Shown in pieces: positions 59,409 through 64,000 of a DNA stretch of 64,000 nt (position 1 is the first letter of the stretch; each line of letters opens with the position of its first letter). A program made the translations under genes and the position numbers. Location: positions 736,001-800,000 of the forward strand of contig OZ219871.1 in NCBI GenBank assembly GCA_964291495.2, read 5' to 3'. The notes beneath the pieces are model-generated. The model was not told where the DNA came from. It did no database searches and saw only the letters and a program-made list of their open reading frames with translations. Source of the DNA: Dehalococcoidia bacterium. GTDB taxonomy: Bacteria > Chloroflexota > Dehalococcoidia > UBA2979.

Positions 59409-61088
59409 ATGGCAATGCCGCGAGTTCGCGCGTGGTGGCCGGGAGCGGTCGCGGGACTCGTGGCCGCGGCGCTGGCGCTGGCCGTCGGCGAGCTCGTCGC
59501 GCGGCTCCTCGAGGGCGAGTCGCTGGTGCGAGCGATCGGCGACGTGGTCGTCGACAGTTCCCCGCGCGCCGTCTCCGGCGTGGCGATCGAAACCTTCGGC
59601 ACGAACAACAAGCCCGCGCTGCTCAGCGGCGTCGTCGCCCTCTCGCTGTTGCTGGGCGCGCTGCTGGGTCCGCTCGCGATGCGCTACCGCGCGATCGGTG
59701 TCGGCGCCATGGCGGCCTTCGCCCTCGCCGGCGGCCTCGCGGCGGCGCGCGATCCGTTCACCTCGCCCGCGCAGGCCTGGACCACCGCGGCGGCCGCCGG
59801 CGGCGCCGGCATCGCGACGCTGCTCTGGCTGCTGCGGATGGCGAACGAGGGCGACGTCGACGCCCGCGCCGCGCCTCCTGATCCTCGCCTGAAGCGCCCG
59901 GGGCGCAGGCGCTTCCTGCAGTTCGCCGGCGGCGGGCTGGCGGTGGCGGCCCTCTCCGTGCCCCTGGGGCGGCGCCTGATCGAACCGGCGGGCGATGTCG
60001 ACGCGCAGCGCGCGGCAATCGTGCTGCCGCCGCCGAGTACCCCCGCGCCGAGTACCCCCACGCCGGCCTCGGAGGAGGCGACGCCGCAGCCCCCGCCGGA
60101 CGCTCCCACGCCGGCGTCGCGGGAGCCGACGCCCGAGCCCTCGCCGGCCGTCCAGAGCGGCCCCGCCTCGGTCCCCGGCATCTCGCCGCTCGTCACACCG
60201 AACAGCGAGTTCTACCGCATCGACACCAGGCTCTCGGTCCCCCGCATCGACAGCGCGCGGTGGCGGCTCCGGATTACCGGGATGGTCGAGCGGCCGGCCG
60301 AGTTCACGTTCGACGAGCTGCTCGCGATGGACCTGCGCGAGGAGGTGAGCACCCTCGCCTGTGTCTCGAACGAAGTCGGCGGGGATCTCGTCGGGACCGC
60401 CTACTGGCTCGGTGTCCCGCTACCGGCGCTGCTGCGCGGAGCGGGCGTCCAGGCCGATGCGACGCAGGTGATCGGGCGCTCCGTCGATGGGTTCACCGTC
60501 GGCTTCCCGACGGACGTCGCGCTCGATGGGCGTGAATCGCTGGTGGTGTTCGGCATGAACGGCGAGCCGCTGCCCGCCGACCACGGGTTCCCCGCCCGCC
60601 TGATCGTCCCCGGGCTCTACGGCTACGTCTCCGCCACGAAGTGGCTCGGCGAAATCGAGCTCTCGAGGCTCGACAGCTTCGACGCCTACTGGGTGTACCG
60701 GGGCTGGCCCCAGCAGGCGCCGATCAAGCTGCAGTCGCGCATCGACGTACCGCGCGGCGGACAATCGCTCGCGCCCGGCAAGATGCGCATCGCGGGCGTC
60801 GCCTGGGGCGGGCTGAGCGGCGTCAGCGGCGTTCAGGTGCGGGTGAGCCGGCGGTCTACGGGCGGGGAGCGTTCGGAAGGCGCATGGACCGACGCCGAAC
60901 TTGGCGAGGAGCTGTCCGATAGCAGCTGGCGCCAGTGGGTGGCCGACTGGGTCGCCAGCGAGGGCGTCTTCGACCTCGAGGTGCGCGCAATCGATCGCAG
61001 CGGCATGGTGCAGACGGCCGAGGAGGCCCCGCCCTTCCCCGACGGCGCGACCGGACACCACTCGATTCGGGTACGAATCCGGGCATAG
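59409..61088 (+). CDS. Molybdopterin-dependent oxidoreductase (sulfite oxidase family) with N-terminal TM region and internal twin-arginine motif
   Basis: FYRIDT, LACVSN, DHGFPARLIVPGLYGYVSATKWL, GVAW, SWRQW; RRRFL after about 5 TMs. Confidence 0.9.
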   Translation: MAMPRVRAWWPGAVAGLVAAALALAVGELVARLLEGESLVRAIGDVVVDSSPRAVSGVAIETFGTNNKPALLSGVVALSLLLGALLGPLAMRYRAIGVGAMAAFALAGGLAAARDPFTSPAQAWTTAAAAGGAGIATLLWLLRMANEGDVDARAAPPDPRLKRPGRRRFLQFAGGGLAVAALSVPLGRRLIEPAGDVDAQRAAIVLPPPSTPAPSTPTPASEEATPQPPPDAPTPASREPTPEPSPAVQSGPASVPGISPLVTPNSEFYRIDTRLSVPRIDSARWRLRITGMVERPAEFTFDELLAMDLREEVSTLACVSNEVGGDLVGTAYWLGVPLPALLRGAGVQADATQVIGRSVDGFTVGFPTDVALDGRESLVVFGMNGEPLPADHGFPARLIVPGLYGYVSATKWLGEIELSRLDSFDAYWVYRGWPQQAPIKLQSRIDVPRGGQSLAPGKMRIAGVAWGGLSGVSGVQVRVSRRSTGGERSEGAWTDAELGEELSDSSWRQWVADWVASEGVFDLEVRAIDRSGMVQTAEEAPPFPDGATGHHSIRVRIRA

Positions 61089-61124
61089 GGCAAACCCCGC
61101 GTCATTGACGGCGAAGCCCGATCC

Positions 61125-61285
61125 GGTCCCCTCTCCCCGCGGGAGAGGGCGGAGGGTGAGGGAGGCGCTCGCCGAAGCCCCGAGGGCGCAACGAGGCAAT
61201 CGCGGATGGCAACCGCCGGCGCGCCTGGATTCCGGCTTTCGCCGGAATGACGGGAGGGGGGAGCCGGAATGACGGGAGGGGTGGG
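61125..61285. repeat. Family A and family B repeats
   Basis: CCCTCTCCCCGCGGGAGAGGGCGGAGGGTGAGGG and CTGGATTCCGGCTTTCGCCGGAATGACG. Confidence 0.85.
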
Positions 61286-61327
61286 TCTCGCAATGTGAAA
61301 CGACCCGCGCTCCTGGTCACATATGCT
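61286..61327 (+). promoter_or_regulatory. Candidate IclR operator plus -10 element
   Basis: TCTCGCAATGTGAAA-21 bp-TATGCT. Confidence 0.6.
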
Positions 61328-61349
61328 CAGCCTCCCCGGAGGTGTCGAC

Positions 61350-61907
61350 GTGCCAATCTACGAGTACGCATGCGCCGAGTGCGGGTCCGGCTTCGAGCTG
61401 CTGCGGCCCATGCGGGACGCCGGGCGCAGTCAGCCCTGTCCCGAGTGCGACGCCGAAGCGGGTCCGACGGTCCCCACACGCTGGAACGCCTACACGTACC
61501 GCGATGGCAACCCTCGCCTGCTGCCGGACAACGGCAAGTTCCGGCACCTGGGCCACGAGGTGTCAAAGCCGTACACCGGCGGCACCGGCAGCCCCTTGCA
61601 GCACCCGGAGGTCACGAAGCCGCAGCCGACCCGGGCCCCGAGCGTCGAGGAGGCCGAGCAGTACGCGCACAAGCGCGAGCTGCAGCGCAACGCCGACCTC
61701 GAGCGCGGCGGGATCGTCGAGCGGACAGAGGTCGAGGGGGAACGGCGCGAGTTCCTGCGCCGCCTGCGCGCGCCCGCCGCGTCGCAACGAGACGCGCGCG
61801 TCACGAGGCGCATCGCTGCTGATACCGAACGCAAGGACGCCGCCGTGAAGCAGCAGCTGCGGACGGAGGCGAAGTTGCGCCAACAGCGCCACAAGGAAAC
61901 CCGCTAG
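61350..61907 (+). CDS. FmdB-family zinc-ribbon protein with charged C-terminal extension
   Basis: (M)PIYEYACAECG..FE...CPEC; GGAGGTG RBS before GTG 61350. Confidence 0.85.
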   Translation: MPIYEYACAECGSGFELLRPMRDAGRSQPCPECDAEAGPTVPTRWNAYTYRDGNPRLLPDNGKFRHLGHEVSKPYTGGTGSPLQHPEVTKPQPTRAPSVEEAEQYAHKRELQRNADLERGGIVERTEVEGERREFLRRLRAPAASQRDARVTRRIAADTERKDAAVKQQLRTEAKLRQQRHKETR

Positions 61908-61992
61908 ACCGGACACTCCCATTGCGCTTGTGGCGCCGGCCGCAATGCGCAGCGGCGACGCGACCGAGGCGCCCGACAAGAAACTCGCGGCA

Positions 61993-62034
61993 TCTCGTAA
62001 TGCGAAACGACGCGGTCACCCCATCACCTATGCT
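61993..62034 (+). promoter_or_regulatory. Candidate IclR operator plus -10 element, no clear downstream gene
   Basis: TCTCGTAATGCGAAA-21 bp-TATGCT. Confidence 0.55.
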
Positions 62035-62250
62035 CGGTCCTCCGGAGCTGTCGGCGTGCCTGCCGAACGTCAGCGGCGTGCGGAGGTAGCGGTCCGCACG
62101 CAGCGCTTCGGGCAGAGCCGCCAGACGGCCCCCCACCCCCCCGTTGAACGAGGCCCAGCCTGCCCGGGCCTCGTTCAACCTGCCCGGCGTACGCCTCATG
62201 GTGAGGGCGCCGGCAGGTTGCGCAAACGGTCTCCCTGGGGGAGGGGAGCG

Positions 62251-62552
62251 GAGCCCCTTCTCCGTCATTCCGGCGAAAGCCGGAATCCAGGCGCGGCGGA
62301 CCACCCGCGCGCCCCGACAGCCCCGATGGCGCGACGACACTCCGGCGAGGCGCCCTCACCCTCACCCTCTCCCTCTCGGGAGACCTTTGCGAAACTCGCA
62401 CAAGCCCGATCCGGCCCCCTCTCCCTGGGGAGAGGGCGGGGGTGAGGGGGGAGACTCCCGCGCGCCTCCGAAAGCTCCGATGGCGCAACGCAATCCCGGA
62501 GGCGGACCCTCCCTCACCCTAACCCTCTCCCTCGGGGAGAGGGGACCGGAGG
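62251..62552. repeat. Composite repeat cluster (family B + three family A copies)
   Basis: Family B at ~62263; family A at ~62352, ~62413 (inverted) and ~62510. Confidence 0.85.
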
Positions 62553-62588
62553 GATGCGCTCGCTGCCCCACTCGCGGCCTGAGCCGGG

Positions 62589-64000
62589 TCAGTCGCCGTC
62601 GGTCGACGGAGTGTCGAGCACGAACCAGCGCCCTTCCCAGGAACGCCCCATGGCGAAGGTGACCGCCAGCTCGTGCGAGCCCCCGTCACGGACCGCCCCG
62701 GTTCGGTAGTCGACGAACTCGTACTCGACCGTGCCGATCGCCTTGAACCCGTGGCTGGCCGTGGTCTGCATGTTGCCCAGCCAGACCGCGATCAACTCCA
62801 GCTCGTCCACGTGATACGTCGCCACGCGCACCTCGGTCCCGTCCTGCCCGGCGGCGACCACATCGAGCAGCCGGAACAGTCGGTTGCCGTGGTTGACCGC
62901 GCTGAGCCAGCCCGCCTCGCCGCGTCGCAGGGCCTCCGACTCGATGGCCAGGTTCTGGCCGAGCATGGCGGCGATGGCATCGGCCTCGGCCTGGGTCGGG
63001 TTGCCGAGGATGACCTGGCCCTCACCGAGCGTTGGCGACGGCATGGCGAACGGCTCGATCGCCGGCAGCTCGGCCAGATCCATGATCTCGCCCTCGCCCG
63101 GCACGTCCACCGCGCTGCGCGCCGGGGAGCCGGCGAGGACGATCGCGCCCGCCGCCAGCGCCACGGCCGGCGCCGCCAGCAGCAGGAACGCGCGCGATCG
63201 GCGGCGAGGCGCCCTCGCCTCGGGGACGGGCGGAGCGGCTTCGGCGTCCGCGGCGACGGGCGGGCCGAACCGATCGAAGGCGGGTCGCAGCGCGCACAGC
63301 AGGACCAGGCCGGCGAGCAGGCCGACCTTGGCGCCGAACTCGTCGGTCGCCGGCGCGATCAGCAGGGTCGACACGAGCGCCACGCCCACCGCGAACGCCA
63401 CCCGAGACCTCGGTGCAACGGGGATCGTCCGCGGGTCGGTGATCATGAAGAACAGGAAGATCAGCGTCTCGGGTGAGCTGACCACGACCCACCAGAAGTC
63501 GCCGTCGCAGACCGGATCGACCGACCAGCGCGCCGTCATGCAGTGCCCGGACGCGGCCAGGACCCCCAGGCCCGCCGCCAGCGCCAGCCAGAACGCCGCG
63601 CCCATGGCCAGCAGCGCCAGGCGCGAGGTGATGAGCACACCGCCGATCAGGATCACGCCGTAGGCCAACGCCATCCACGGCGACAGCGGGGCCCACCAGA
63701 AGTCGAGCGGCTCGACCCGGTTGCTGCCGAGCAGTACGAACGCCGCGACGAGCGCCACGTTGGACGGGTTGAGCAGGTGGGTTCCGCCATAGCGGATCGC
63801 GTACTTCGAGAGCATGGCGCCGCCGCTGACCGCGGCGAACAGCGCCACGTCGCCGGTCGCCCAGTAGTCGCCGTGCTCGGTGCCGATCACGCGGAAGATC
63901 AGGGCGATGCCGCTCCCGGTCAGCATGGCGCTCGCCGGCCAGACCAGCCGCTGTTCGCGAACGAAGATCCAGACCACCTCGATCAGCGCGCTGACCAGGA
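62589..64000 (-). CDS. RnfD/NqrB-like (UnbU-type) membrane protein with extracytoplasmic C-terminal domain, 5' partial
   Basis: SAMLTGSG, SKYAIRYGGTHLLNPSN, FLFFMITDPRT; the frame stays open to the window edge. Confidence 0.75.
   Translation of the reverse strand, partial: LVSALIEVVWIFVREQRLVWPASAMLTGSGIALIFRVIGTEHGDYWATGDVALFAAVSGGAMLSKYAIRYGGTHLLNPSNVALVAAFVLLGSNRVEPLDFWWAPLSPWMALAYGVILIGGVLITSRLALLAMGAAFWLALAAGLGVLAASGHCMTARWSVDPVCDGDFWWVVVSSPETLIFLFFMITDPRTIPVAPRSRVAFAVGVALVSTLLIAPATDEFGAKVGLLAGLVLLCALRPAFDRFGPPVAADAEAAPPVPEARAPRRRSRAFLLLAAPAVALAAGAIVLAGSPARSAVDVPGEGEIMDLAELPAIEPFAMPSPTLGEGQVILGNPTQAEADAIAAMLGQNLAIESEALRRGEAGWLSAVNHGNRLFRLLDVVAAGQDGTEVRVATYHVDELELIAVWLGNMQTTASHGFKAIGTVEYEFVDYRTGAVRDGGSHELAVTFAMGRSWEGRWFVLDTPSTDGD

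Noticed and set aside
49480-64000. Enediyne or other secondary-metabolite cluster
   Set aside because: No PKS, NRPS or thioesterase genes in the window.

Overview
High-GC bacterial chromosomal segment. Gene content suggests Chloroflexota/Dehalococcoidia (Tepidiformales- or SAR202-like), possibly host- or sponge-associated; this is inference, based on Tat lipoprotein SBPs with 'RRxFL...AALIGCDDDD' leaders, many CaiB CoA-transferases and a CRTAC1 protein. Main blocks: (i) znuACB with a ~111-aa His/Asp/Glu loop in ZnuA; (ii) an orphan Fe(III)-binding protein divergent from an apparent operon encoding a 1045-aa triple fusion (flippase-like TM + alkaline-phosphatase-family + GT2), an FEA1-like lipoprotein with a Gly/Thr repeat, a short NDP-sugar dehydrogenase and a degenerate DUF151, with a convergent GT-C glycosyltransferase and a DtxR/IdeR-like box between the divergent genes. 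This is the best candidate for an undescribed iron-linked envelope modification system; (iii) a dif-like 28-mer at 21.03 kb where gene orientation switches; (iv) a CoA-dependent catabolic region (ChsH/Ltp2-like module, paired CoA-transferases, peptide-type ABC components); (v) a FecBCDE-like importer and an IrtAB-like pair sharing a Fur/Zur-type box with znuA; (vi) a repeat-bounded 2-kb tandem duplication of two ABC permeases; (vii) an IclR-VOC fusion regulator with five candidate operators at a fixed distance from -10-like hexamers. Three families of intergenic repeats occur. No rRNA, tRNA, CRISPR array or intact transposase was recognised. All family calls come from motif recognition by eye, not database searches.
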